A DNA stretch of 64,000 bases from Cenarchaeum sp. (GTDB lineage Archaea > Thermoproteota > Nitrososphaeria > Nitrososphaerales > Nitrosopumilaceae): the NCBI GenBank assembly GCA_965242695.1, contig CBDESU010000002.1, forward strand, positions 1,280,001 through 1,344,000, given 5' to 3'. How positions within the stretch are numbered: position 1 is the first letter of the stretch; each line of letters starts with the position of its first letter. The notes under the pieces are model-generated. The model had not been told where the DNA came from, did not search any database, and saw nothing but the letters and a program-made list of their open reading frames with translations. The translations under genes were made by a program, and so were the position numbers. Shown here piece by piece: positions 55,060-64,000 of this stretch.

Positions 55060-58000
55060 TTGAAGGGCAGCCACATGGCAATGATCGGCATCGGCATCGC
55101 CGTTGCCATTGCCGTCGGCGTAACGGCTGCAGTCAACTCGATGGACGACGATGCCGCCACTCCGGCCGACGAGAGTGCAATGATGCCAGAGGAGCTGCCG
55201 GCCCTGTCCGGCGAGATCAGCGTCGGCTCACTCCTCCCGCTCACGGGCGACCTGGCCACGCACGGCGAGGAGAACATGGAGGGGACCAGGCTCGGAGTGG
55301 CCGACTTCAACGAGTACCTTGCAGGCAAGGGCGCCGGCTGGTCGATCCGCCTGGTCGAAGAGGACTCGCAGACCAACCCCGTCGTGGCACTTGAAAAGCT
55401 CACGGCCCTCAACGCGCGCGGCGTCTCTATCGTGATCGGCCCAGAGACGAGCTCGAACATCCGCAATATCAAGGGCTACTCTGACGAGAACAACATGCTC
55501 CTGCTCAGCTGCTGCTCGACGGCGCCAAACCTGGCCATCGAGGGCGACAGCGTGTACCGCCTCGCCCCCGACGACACGAACCAGGGCGCGGCGCTCGCCA
55601 CGCTGGCCGACGAGTCTGGCATCGAGGCGATCGTCCCGATCTGGCGCGGCGATGCATGGGGCGACGGCCTGCGCGATGCGACGCGCGACTCGTTCTCGGC
55701 AAAGGGCGGGGAAGTAGTAGACGGCGTCCGGTACAACCCAGAGGCGCCCGAGTTTTCTGCGGCAGTCTCGCTGCTCAACGACCGCGTCATGGATGCGGTC
55801 GACGAGTACGGCGCCGACAAGGTCGCCGTAATGAACATCGGGTTTGCCGAGGGCCTTCAGGTAGTACAGGGCGCGACGACCTATGACGCGCTCGGCGAGG
55901 TGCGCTGGTTTGGGTCGGACGGCAACGCAAAGGACTCTAGGCTGATCGACGATCCGATAGCCAGCGAGTTTGCCGGCAGCGTCCAGTTCATGGCCCTCCA
56001 GGTCTCGGCGGCGACCAACGAAAAGTTCCAGCATGTGGAGTCTACGATAACCGACCTGCTCGGCCGCTCGCCGAACACGTACACCCACTCGTCGTACGAT
56101 GCGGCGTGGATTGTCGGCCTGTCGATCGAAGAGGCCGGCAGCGCCGAGGTCGACGACGTGGCGGCTGTCCTGCCGGGCATCGCGTCCGAGTACGTCGGGG
56201 CCATGGGCGACATCGAGCTCAACGCGGCCGGCGACCTTGCGCAGGCCGACTATACCATATGGGGCGTCGTCGACGGCGAGTGGGCCGTGGTCGGGTCGTA
56301 CTCGCAGGCCGACGATGCCGTCACAATGGCAATGGCCGACGATGCGGCAATGGACGGGGGCGAAATGCCGGCCCTGTCCGGCGAGATCAGCGTCGGCTCA
56401 CTCCTCCCGCTCACGGGCGACCTGGCCACGCACGGCGAGGAGAACATGGAGGGAACGCGCTTGGGCGTGGCAGACTTCAACGAGTACCTTGCAGGCAAGG
56501 GCGCCGGCTGGTCGATCCGCTTGGTCGAAGAGGACTCGCAGACCAACCCCGTCGTGGCACTTGAAAAGCTCACGGCCCTCAACGCGCGCGGCGTCTCTAT
56601 CGTGATCGGCCCAGAGACGAGCTCGAACATCCGTAACATAAAGGGCTACTCTGACGAGAACAACATGCTCCTGCTCAGCTGCTGCTCGACGGCGCCAAAC
56701 CTGGCCATCGAGGGCGACAGCGTGTACCGCCTCGCCCCCGACGACACGAACCAGGGCGCGGCGCTCGCCACGCTGGCCGCCGAGTCTGGCATCGATGCGA
56801 TCGTCCCGATCTGGCGCGGCGATGCGTGGGGCGACGGCCTGCGCGATGCGACGCGCGACTCGTTTGCAGCAAAGGGCGGCACGGTCATGGACGGCGTCCG
56901 GTACAACCCAGAGGCGCCCGAGTTCTCTGCGGCGGTCTCGCTGCTCAACGACCGCGTCATGGATGCGGTCGACGAGTACGGCGCCGAAAGCGTCGCGGTG
57001 ATGAACATCGGGTTTGCCGAGGGCCTGCAGGTGGTGCAGGCGGCCACCCAGTACGACGCGCTCGGCGAGGTGCGCTGGTTTGGGTCGGACGGCAACGCAA
57101 AGGACTCTAGGCTGATCGACGATCCGATCGCCAGCGAGTTTGCCGGCAGCGTCCAGTTCATGGCGTTGCAAGTGTCCGCGGCGACCAACGAAAAGTTCCA
57201 GCATGTGGAGTCTACGATAACCGACCTGCTCGGCCGCTCGCCGAACACGTACACCCATGCATCGTACGATGCGGCGTGGATTGTCGGCCTGTCGATCGAA
57301 GAGGCCGGCAGCGCCGCGGTCGACGACGTGGCGGCTGTCCTGCCGGGCATCGCGTCCGAGTACGTCGGGGCCATGGGCGACATCGAGCTCAACGCGGCCG
57401 GCGACCTTGCGCAGGCCGACTATACCATATGGGGCGTCGTCGACGGCGAGTGGGCCGTGGTCGGGTCGTACTCGCAGGCCGACGATGCGGTCACGATGGC
57501 GGACGCGGACGCTGCGATGTCGGCATCCTCAGACCTCTCAGGCGAGGTGAGCGTCGGCTCGCTCCTCCCGCTCACGGGCGACCTGGCCACGCACGGCGAG
57601 GAGAACATGGAGGGAACGCGCCTGGGCGTGGCAAACTTCAACGAGTACCTTGCAGGCAAGGGCGCCGACTGGTCGATCCGCCTGGTCGAGGAGGACTCGC
57701 AGACCAACCCCGTCGTGGCACTTGAAAAGCTCACGGCCCTCAACGCGCGCGGCGTCTCTATCGTGATCGGACCAGAGACGAGCTCGAACATCCGCAATAT
57801 CAAGGGCTACTCGGACGAGAACAACATGCTCCTGCTCAGCTGCTGCTCGACGGCGCCAAACCTGGCCATCGAGGGCGACAGCGTGTACCGCCTCGCCCCC
57901 GACGACACGAACCAGGGCGCGGCGCTCGCCACGCTGGCCGCCGAGTCTGGCATCGATGCGATCGTCCCGATCTGGCGCGGCGATGCGTGGGGCGACGGCC

Positions 58001-58668
58001 TGCGCGATGCGACGCGCGACTCGTTTGCAGCAAAGGGCGGCACGGTCATGGACGGCGTCCGGTACAACCCAGAGGCGCCCGAGTTCTCTGCGGCGGTCTC
58101 GCTGCTCAACGACCGCGTCATGGATGCGGTCGACGAGTACGGCGCCGAAAGCGTCGCGGTGATGAACATCGGGTTTGCCGAGGGCCTGCAGGTGGTGCAG
58201 GCGGCCACCCAGTACGACGCGCTCGGCGAGGTGCGCTGGTTTGGGTCGGACGGCAACGCAAAGGACTCTAGGCTGATCGACGATCCGATCGCCAGCGAGT
58301 TTGCCGGCAGCGTCCAGTTCATGGCCCTCCAGGTCTCGGCGGCGACCAACGAAAAGTTCCAGCATGTGGAGTCTACGATAACCGACCTGCTCGGCCGCTC
58401 GCCGAACACGTACACCCATGCATCGTACGATGCGGCGTGGATTGTCGGCCTGTCGATCGAAGAGGCCGGCAGCGCCGCGGTCGACGACGTGGCGGCTGTC
58501 CTGCCGGGCATCGCGTCCGAGTACGTCGGGGCCATGGGCGACATCGAGCTCAACGCGGCCGGCGACCTTGCGCAGGCCGACTATACCATATGGGGCGTCG
58601 TCGACGGCGAGTGGGCCGTGGTCGGGTCGTACTCGCAGGCCGACGATGCGGTGACCCTGGACGCTTGA
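55060..58668 (+). CDS. Membrane-anchored ABC substrate-binding protein (Liv/PBP1 family) with three tandem binding modules
   Basis: N-terminal TM helix; three near-identical ~388-aa units 'ISVGSLLPLTGDLA..GPETSS..YRLAPDD..SYDAAW..GDL'. Start TTG at 55060 or ATG at 55075. Confidence 0.92.
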   Translation: MKGSHMAMIGIGIAVAIAVGVTAAVNSMDDDAATPADESAMMPEELPALSGEISVGSLLPLTGDLATHGEENMEGTRLGVADFNEYLAGKGAGWSIRLVEEDSQTNPVVALEKLTALNARGVSIVIGPETSSNIRNIKGYSDENNMLLLSCCSTAPNLAIEGDSVYRLAPDDTNQGAALATLADESGIEAIVPIWRGDAWGDGLRDATRDSFSAKGGEVVDGVRYNPEAPEFSAAVSLLNDRVMDAVDEYGADKVAVMNIGFAEGLQVVQGATTYDALGEVRWFGSDGNAKDSRLIDDPIASEFAGSVQFMALQVSAATNEKFQHVESTITDLLGRSPNTYTHSSYDAAWIVGLSIEEAGSAEVDDVAAVLPGIASEYVGAMGDIELNAAGDLAQADYTIWGVVDGEWAVVGSYSQADDAVTMAMADDAAMDGGEMPALSGEISVGSLLPLTGDLATHGEENMEGTRLGVADFNEYLAGKGAGWSIRLVEEDSQTNPVVALEKLTALNARGVSIVIGPETSSNIRNIKGYSDENNMLLLSCCSTAPNLAIEGDSVYRLAPDDTNQGAALATLAAESGIDAIVPIWRGDAWGDGLRDATRDSFAAKGGTVMDGVRYNPEAPEFSAAVSLLNDRVMDAVDEYGAESVAVMNIGFAEGLQVVQAATQYDALGEVRWFGSDGNAKDSRLIDDPIASEFAGSVQFMALQVSAATNEKFQHVESTITDLLGRSPNTYTHASYDAAWIVGLSIEEAGSAAVDDVAAVLPGIASEYVGAMGDIELNAAGDLAQADYTIWGVVDGEWAVVGSYSQADDAVTMADADAAMSASSDLSGEVSVGSLLPLTGDLATHGEENMEGTRLGVANFNEYLAGKGADWSIRLVEEDSQTNPVVALEKLTALNARGVSIVIGPETSSNIRNIKGYSDENNMLLLSCCSTAPNLAIEGDSVYRLAPDDTNQGAALATLAAESGIDAIVPIWRGDAWGDGLRDATRDSFAAKGGTVMDGVRYNPEAPEFSAAVSLLNDRVMDAVDEYGAESVAVMNIGFAEGLQVVQAATQYDALGEVRWFGSDGNAKDSRLIDDPIASEFAGSVQFMALQVSAATNEKFQHVESTITDLLGRSPNTYTHASYDAAWIVGLSIEEAGSAAVDDVAAVLPGIASEYVGAMGDIELNAAGDLAQADYTIWGVVDGEWAVVGSYSQADDAVTLDA
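55198..58655 (+). repeat. Three tandem near-identical units (spacing 1170 and 1161 bp)
   Basis: GGCGAG unit anchors at 55210, 56380 and 57541, with long identical nucleotide stretches. Confidence 0.95.
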
Positions 58669-58814
58669 CCGCACGCGGATGCCGACACGGGGAGCCAGCC
58701 TTGAACACGCCGCCCGCACCGGCGGCAGCGGCTGAGCCGGCCTCGGATGCCGCACCCTTCCTTTGCGTTCCCAGCCGGGCAGCCGGGGGCGGGACGGGGC
58801 GGCAGGTGGCATAG

Positions 58815-59789
58815 TTGCAGATCGACCCCATATTCTCGGACGCCGTCATATTCGCAAGCCTCCTCGCCCTGCTCAGCCTGGGGCTGACGCTCACGTACCT
58901 GACGACGCGCGTGCCCAACTTTGCGCACGCCTCGTTTGCGACCATCGGCGTGTACGTGTCCCTTGCGGCGATCCACGTATGGGAGACGACTCCGTACCTG
59001 GCCATTCCCGTCTCGTTCCTGCTGTCCGGCGCGGCGGCCCTGTCGCTGTACACGTTCATCCTAAAGCCGCTCATACGGAAGAAGGCCACGCAGGCCATCC
59101 TCATGATCTCGACGCTTGCGTTCGACCTGATCATAATCGCGATCATAAACATCGCCGCCGACTACCTGGCGCGGTCGTACCACATCGTCTCGCGCGAGTT
59201 CTCGCTGCGCAGCTACGACGCGCAGGTGTCGGGGATGCCGCTGATCGTCATTGCGGCCCCCGTCGCGATAGCGGCCCTGCTGCTGGTGCTGCACCTGGTC
59301 CTCAAGAGGACAAAGTTCGGAATCGCGATGAGGGCGTCGACCGAGAACGAGGACCTTGCCGGCACGGTCGGCATCAACGTGAGGCTCGTGTACGGCGTGG
59401 CGTGGATGCTCGGCGGCGGAGTGGCCGGCGTGGCCGGCGCCCTCATGTCGCTGTGGTTCCAGGGCGACCCCAACCTCGGCCCCCTGCTCATACCGAGCGT
59501 GTTTGCGGCTAGCATCGTGGGAGGGTTCGTGAGCATATACGGGGCGATAGCGGGCGGCATACTCGTCGGGCTCTCCGAGGTCCTCGGCACGCGCTTCCTG
59601 GCAGGCGAGCTCGGCTCGTGGCTGATCGCGTACAGGCCGCTCATACCGCTCGCGTTCATCGGGGCGACGCTGATGATCGCCCCGCGCGGCCTGGCCGGCG
59701 TCGACTGGGGCCGCCTGCTGTCGGCACTGCGGCGCGGGCGCAAGAGGCGCGGCAGGCCGGCGCAAGATAAGGGGAGGAGCGAGTCCTGA
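58815..59789 (+). CDS. livH: Branched-chain amino acid ABC transporter permease (LivH-like)
   Basis: 'LGLTL..VPNFAH', 'TKFGIAMRA..EN..LAGTVGIN', 'SIVGG'. Confidence 0.88.
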   Translation: MQIDPIFSDAVIFASLLALLSLGLTLTYLTTRVPNFAHASFATIGVYVSLAAIHVWETTPYLAIPVSFLLSGAAALSLYTFILKPLIRKKATQAILMISTLAFDLIIIAIINIAADYLARSYHIVSREFSLRSYDAQVSGMPLIVIAAPVAIAALLLVLHLVLKRTKFGIAMRASTENEDLAGTVGINVRLVYGVAWMLGGGVAGVAGALMSLWFQGDPNLGPLLIPSVFAASIVGGFVSIYGAIAGGILVGLSEVLGTRFLAGELGSWLIAYRPLIPLAFIGATLMIAPRGLAGVDWGRLLSALRRGRKRRGRPAQDKGRSES

Positions 59790-60868
59790 TGGCCTCGGGA
59801 TCGGAGTTTGTCTTCTTCGTCGACCTGCTCGCCATATTCTCCGTGTACGTCATAGTCAACCTCAGCCTCAACCTAGAGTTTGGGTACGCCGGCATCCCCA
59901 ACTTCGGCAAGGTGCTCGCCGTAGGCGCCGGCGCCTTCGTGGCCGCCGCCGTACCGGGCAGGATAATCGCCTCGGCGGCCGGCATCGACGGGGACTACGT
60001 GGCCGACAACCTGGCCATGGTGCCCCAGATCAACGCGTGGCTCGCCGACAACACGGGGATCGGGTTTGCCGTCTTCTTTGCGACGCTTGGCATGGCCGCG
60101 GCCGCCGGCGCGGGGCTGGGACTGGTCACGTCGTACCCCGCCATACGGCTGCGCGGCGACTATCTGGCCATAACGCTGCTCGCGTTCGGCGAGAGCATCC
60201 GCATCATAGGAAACAACTTTACGCCGCTCGTCGGCGGCACGCTCGGCGTCGGCGTCCCGGACCCGCTGTCGTTCCTGCCCGACGAGATGAGGTTTCCGTT
60301 CGCGACCCTGGGGCTCGTCCTCACGGCGATCGCCGTGTTCGCGTACAGCGAGCGGCTCGTGCGCTCGCCGCTCGGCCGCCTGCTCCGCTCGGTGCGCGAC
60401 AACGAGACGGCCGCCGCGGCCCTCGGCAAGGACACGGCGCGCATACGCATGCGGGCGATCATGGTGTCCGCGGCCCTTGCGGCGATCGGCGGCGCGCTGT
60501 ACGCGTTCTACACGGGCGGGACGATCGCCGTCGCGTACGACCGCGCGAGCTGGACGTTCTGGCCGTTCCTGATGATACTGATCGGCGGCCTTGCAAACAA
60601 CAAGGGCATACTGGTCGGCACGTTCATCTTCGTGGCCATCCGCAAGGTCATCATATTCTTCAAGGACTCGTTCGAGGGGCTCGTGCCGTTCGACATCGTA
60701 TGGCTCGACTTCCTGCTGCTCGGCGCGATCATGCTCGCCGTCCTGCTGTACCGCCCGCAGGGCATATTCCCAGAGCGCCCCACCCCGACAGTGCGGGGCG
60801 CCGGCGGGATGAAGTCGACGCACCGCCGGCCCGGCGCGCGCGGCATACTCGACCTGCTGTTCCGCTAG
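59789..60868 (+). CDS. livM: Branched-chain amino acid ABC transporter permease (LivM-like)
   Basis: 'SLNLEFGYAG', 'RLRGDYLAITLLAFGE', 'SPLGRLLRSVRDNE', 'RPQGI'. Confidence 0.88.
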   Translation: MASGSEFVFFVDLLAIFSVYVIVNLSLNLEFGYAGIPNFGKVLAVGAGAFVAAAVPGRIIASAAGIDGDYVADNLAMVPQINAWLADNTGIGFAVFFATLGMAAAAGAGLGLVTSYPAIRLRGDYLAITLLAFGESIRIIGNNFTPLVGGTLGVGVPDPLSFLPDEMRFPFATLGLVLTAIAVFAYSERLVRSPLGRLLRSVRDNETAAAALGKDTARIRMRAIMVSAALAAIGGALYAFYTGGTIAVAYDRASWTFWPFLMILIGGLANNKGILVGTFIFVAIRKVIIFFKDSFEGLVPFDIVWLDFLLLGAIMLAVLLYRPQGIFPERPTPTVRGAGGMKSTHRRPGARGILDLLFR

Positions 60869-61851
60869 GGGGCCGGGACGGGGCATGCGGGCGCGCCGCC
60901 GCCGAGGGCCGCGTCCACGTTGCGCACCGTAAGGCGCGCCATCTCGGCGCGCGTGCGGCCCGTCGAGCTGCCGATGTGCGGGGCCAGGACGACGTTGGGC
61001 ATGGATGCGAGCGGGCTTGACGCGGGCAGGGGCTCGGACTCGAACACATCGAGTGCGGCGCCGGCGATCGTTCCGTCCGCAAGGGCCCTTGCAAGGTCGC
61101 CCTCCTTTACTATGCGGCCGCGCGCCGTGTTGACAAGGATGGCCGTCGGCTTCATCCGGCGCAGCCTCGCAAGGTCGATCATGCCCTCGGTGTCGGCGCT
61201 GAGCGGCGCGTGGATTGTGACGACGTCGGACCGGGACAGGAGGTCGTCCAGGCCGGCCGCCTCCCAGCCGGCGGCGGCGCGAGGGGAAGGGCGCGCCCCT
61301 CCGCCCTTGCCGTTGCAGTACACGATCCGCATGCCGAACGCCTCGGCCCTCTTGGCTACCTGCTCACCTATCCTGCCCAGGCCGATTACGCCGAGGGTCG
61401 CCCCGCGCAGCTCGAACCCGACGTACTCGTCGGCGCGGTAGATGTGCGTCCACCGGCCCGACCGTATGGCGCGATCCCCCTCGCTCACCCTTCTTGCCGC
61501 ATCCAGCACGAGGGCCATGGCAAGGTCGGCCGTTGCATCGGTGAGGACGTCGGGCGTGTACCCGATGGAGATGCCGCGCCGCCGCGCCTCCTCCACATCG
61601 ACATGGTCATAGCCTACGCTGAACGTGGCGATCGCCCTCAGGCGCGGCGCGGCCGCGATAAGCTCGGCATCGATGCGGTCGTACGGAAAGCACACTATCG
61701 CGTCGGCCGCGGCGGACCGAGCGAGAAGGTCGCCCCTCGGCATCGGAGGGACGCCGTCGTACGCGTCGACGTCGTAGCGACTCCGCAGGTCGTCAAGGGC
61801 AAAGCCGTGGATCCTGCCGGTGACGAGCACCCTGTCCATTCTATCCTCCAT
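60865..61851 (-). CDS. D-2-hydroxyacid dehydrogenase (glyoxylate/hydroxypyruvate reductase type)
   Basis: 'SVGYDH', 'GLGRIG', 'NTARG', 'LDVFESEP', 'PHIGS'. Confidence 0.92.
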   Translation of the reverse strand: MEDRMDRVLVTGRIHGFALDDLRSRYDVDAYDGVPPMPRGDLLARSAAADAIVCFPYDRIDAELIAAAPRLRAIATFSVGYDHVDVEEARRRGISIGYTPDVLTDATADLAMALVLDAARRVSEGDRAIRSGRWTHIYRADEYVGFELRGATLGVIGLGRIGEQVAKRAEAFGMRIVYCNGKGGGARPSPRAAAGWEAAGLDDLLSRSDVVTIHAPLSADTEGMIDLARLRRMKPTAILVNTARGRIVKEGDLARALADGTIAGAALDVFESEPLPASSPLASMPNVVLAPHIGSSTGRTRAEMARLTVRNVDAALGGGAPACPVPAP

Positions 61852-62227
61852 TGCGACCTCCCCGCGCGCGGTGTTCCTAGCGAATATTTACGCCATCCGA
61901 TCGCCTTGCCTAGCAGCAGGCGGCGCGCTGCTGGCCGCCGCGGTTGCGAAATTGTGGGCGCTTGTGCCGCCTTGTCGCCGTGGCCGCGGCGAGGCGCGCA
62001 ACTTGCTGCCACTTGACGACTGCGGCCCCGTCTAGGCATGCCCGACGGCGATGCATCTGCCTGTCAGGCAGCTGCGTGATCGGCATCGACGCAGCGCTCT
62101 GGCGTCCCTTGCTCCCGATGATGTTCACGCTGAGGGTGCACTCTGTGCGACCAACGCTCCGCGTTGGGGTGGGTGGGGGAGGAGAGGGCGCCTCACGTTT
62201 ATATTGCTACACTCTGACGCTCCTGTG

Positions 62228-62707
62228 TTGAACCGTCAGGCCGCCGATCTCGGGTACATATTGAGGCAGTTCCCCGACTTTGACTTTGGCATGGGCGACT
62301 TCAGGCACAGGCTCAGGGTACAAAAGTTCGTGTACCTACTCCAGTCGTTCGACATCTACCTTGGGTACGACTACTCTTGGTACCTGCGCGGGCCGTACTG
62401 CACGCAGCTTGCCACGGTTGGCCATGCACTGAGCAGGTCGTACAGTCACATCCCGTACGACGAGGCGATGGTCTTCTCGAACCCCGATGTGCAGGCGCGC
62501 TTTGAGACGTTCAAAGAGTTCATCAGGGGGCGCGAAAACGACAACGACTTCCTCGAGATTGCCGCATCGATGCACATACTGCACAAGACGAGCGGCCTGG
62601 TGCGCGCCGGTATAGTCGAGAAGGTTGCAGCCAAGCAGGATCGCTTTACGACAGGCGAGTGCAACCGCATCTGGGATGTGATGGAGCAGTGGGAACTGAT
62701 AAAGTAG
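62228..62707 (+). CDS. YwgA/Panacea(DUF4065)-like protein
   Basis: 'RLRVQKFVYLLQ..YDYSWYLRGPY..L' and 'LEIAASM'; TATA TTTATATT at ~62198-62205; start GTG at 62225 or TTG at 62228. Confidence 0.65.
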   Translation: MNRQAADLGYILRQFPDFDFGMGDFRHRLRVQKFVYLLQSFDIYLGYDYSWYLRGPYCTQLATVGHALSRSYSHIPYDEAMVFSNPDVQARFETFKEFIRGRENDNDFLEIAASMHILHKTSGLVRAGIVEKVAAKQDRFTTGECNRIWDVMEQWELIK

Positions 62708-62943
62708 TGGGCGAAGCGGCCAAGTTCAAGGTCGAGGTCGGGGATCTGGATGCCCAGCGCTCGCCCGACATGGAGTACAGGCCTCGGGACGTCGCACTCT
62801 GCCATCTCTTGGAGGACGCAAGGGAGTCGGGCGACGAGATAGTCCTGATAGGCAGGAACGTCTTCAGGGAGGGGAAAAAGCGGCCCCGTATCGATGAGAT
62901 CATTGTGTCCGACGTTAGCTTGGCCGCACTGCTGCCTCCGTGA
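62707..62943 (+). CDS. Small hypothetical protein (78 aa) coupled to the YwgA-like gene
   Basis: GTG at 62707 overlaps the upstream TAG by 1 nt; protein-like composition. Confidence 0.55.
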   Translation: MGEAAKFKVEVGDLDAQRSPDMEYRPRDVALCHLLEDARESGDEIVLIGRNVFREGKKRPRIDEIIVSDVSLAALLPP

Positions 62944-63736
62944 TACGGGCCGCCTTGGCACTGCCGTCAACTGTGCAATAGGGCAAAGGCGAGAGGAGGG
63001 TAGGGGGTTGGAACCCCTTAATACCCTGCCACTCCGCCTGCCCTCATTGTCGCCGTTGTCTGCCGGTCCAGCACCAGGCAATCGCAGGGATGCCCGTACC
63101 GCAACCGGGAGGGCGGCGAGCGCGCCGGCCCTTGCGCCTGTAGCACTTCACTTGTTCGAGCTCGACATCCCCGCGCTTGCACAGCTCCTAGAGCCGGTCG
63201 CCAGCGGGCTTGTTGGGGGACTTATTGCGGGCACATTTGCCATATCTCTGTACTTGGCCAACAAGCGGTCGGCGGCAAGGGGGGAGAAGTTTGCTCGGGC
63301 TAGAGCCCTCTGCGTAGAACTTGACTACATAAGCAAGGCCCTGCCTGATGCCAGCCTTGGCCGGTTCACGATGAGCCCAACGTACCACCTCGGGAAGAAA
63401 GGGGTGCACTCGGCGCATTCAGAATTGGGCCGCCCTTCACCATCCTCGGGAATCGCCCCCGCGGGCATGCTTGGATCGGCGTACCGTGGACTGGTAAATT
63501 CAGGCGGCATATCGGTCTTTGGGGCCTCGCTACAGGAGCGACTGTACGGCTTCTATGTACACTTGGAGAGGGGCGACTACGACGTGGTACACGAGCAGGC
63601 GCTGCCGATGATGAAGGAGGTTGCCAAGTTCAGGGACGCAAACGCGCCTCTTGCGCCGCGGGCTCGCATGCGGCGCGCAGGTGAGCATCTGCATGCATCG
63701 TTGCGGCGGCAGCGCGGGGGCATGCGCAGGGCATAG
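62894..63736 (+). CDS. Hypothetical protein with one TM helix (true start probably ~63150)
   Basis: Hydrophobic 'GLVGGLIAGTFAISLYL' followed by a helical domain; lower GC than flanks. Confidence 0.5.
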   Translation: MRSLCPTLAWPHCCLRDTGRLGTAVNCAIGQRREEGRGLEPLNTLPLRLPSLSPLSAGPAPGNRRDARTATGRAASAPALAPVALHLFELDIPALAQLLEPVASGLVGGLIAGTFAISLYLANKRSAARGEKFARARALCVELDYISKALPDASLGRFTMSPTYHLGKKGVHSAHSELGRPSPSSGIAPAGMLGSAYRGLVNSGGISVFGASLQERLYGFYVHLERGDYDVVHEQALPMMKEVAKFRDANAPLAPRARMRRAGEHLHASLRRQRGGMRRA

Positions 63737-63901
63737 AGCAGGCGGCCGCGCCGACATCGGGATCGTCATGCGCACAGGGAGTGGATGCGGGCGTCAGGCG
63801 CGGGGCTTGGCCGTATGCGGCCGCCTGTCGGGGCTTTGGCGCGCGATCTCCGTGGGTTGCCGCGCGGCAAGCCATTTATAGCATGCACCCGTGGCCGAGC
63901 C

Positions 63902-64000
63902 GTGATCACGGACGAGGAGGACTTTGCCATCTGCGTCGAGTGCGGCAACCCGCTCGAGAACTGCCAGTGCGTCTGCGCGTTCTGCGGCGAGCGCGACGAG
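63902..64000 (+). CDS. Small Cys-rich (Zn-binding) protein, 3'-partial
   Basis: Hand translation: MITDEEDFAICVECGNPLENCQCVCAFCGERDE; TATA TTTATA ~25 nt upstream. Confidence 0.7.
   Translation, partial: MITDEEDFAICVECGNPLENCQCVCAFCGERDE

Overview
High-GC archaeal chromosome segment from a Nitrososphaerota (Thaumarchaeota) member of the Nitrosopumilaceae/Cenarchaeum type. The evidence is a eukaryote-like topoisomerase IB, RadA, Rpo4, L21e, a proteasome alpha subunit and thaumarchaeal 'PxWVKxxAGWWADGxI' surface repeats. The high GC and large surface proteins resemble sponge symbionts (inference). Most of the window is housekeeping: alaS, leuS, trpS, gdhA, psmA, tatA, top1B, an icd/leuB-type dehydrogenase, a hemK-ksgA-DUF655-rpo4-rpl21e cluster, radA and Liv-type ABC components. 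Three tRNA genes are present. Most notable: (1) a non-canonical tRNA at 23050-23142 with a Leu CAG anticodon but Ser/Sec-like body features (G73, 8-bp variable stem, A37, no U8), about 0.75 kb upstream of (2) an alaS-X-leuS operon with overlapping start/stop codons in which X is a free-standing diverged copy of the AlaRS C-terminal (C-Ala/DHHA1) domain; (3) a low-GC island at ~9.2-12.8 kb with two unknown genes and a divergent ATPase-wHTH preceded by a tandem perfect palindrome; (4) a doubly frameshifted Type IIG-like restriction-modification gene; (5) a substrate-binding protein made of three near-identical mosaic modules; (6) a YwgA/Panacea-like gene pair. Most ORF-track entries are GC-driven shadow ORFs. 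All family calls are by motif recognition only; no searches were run.
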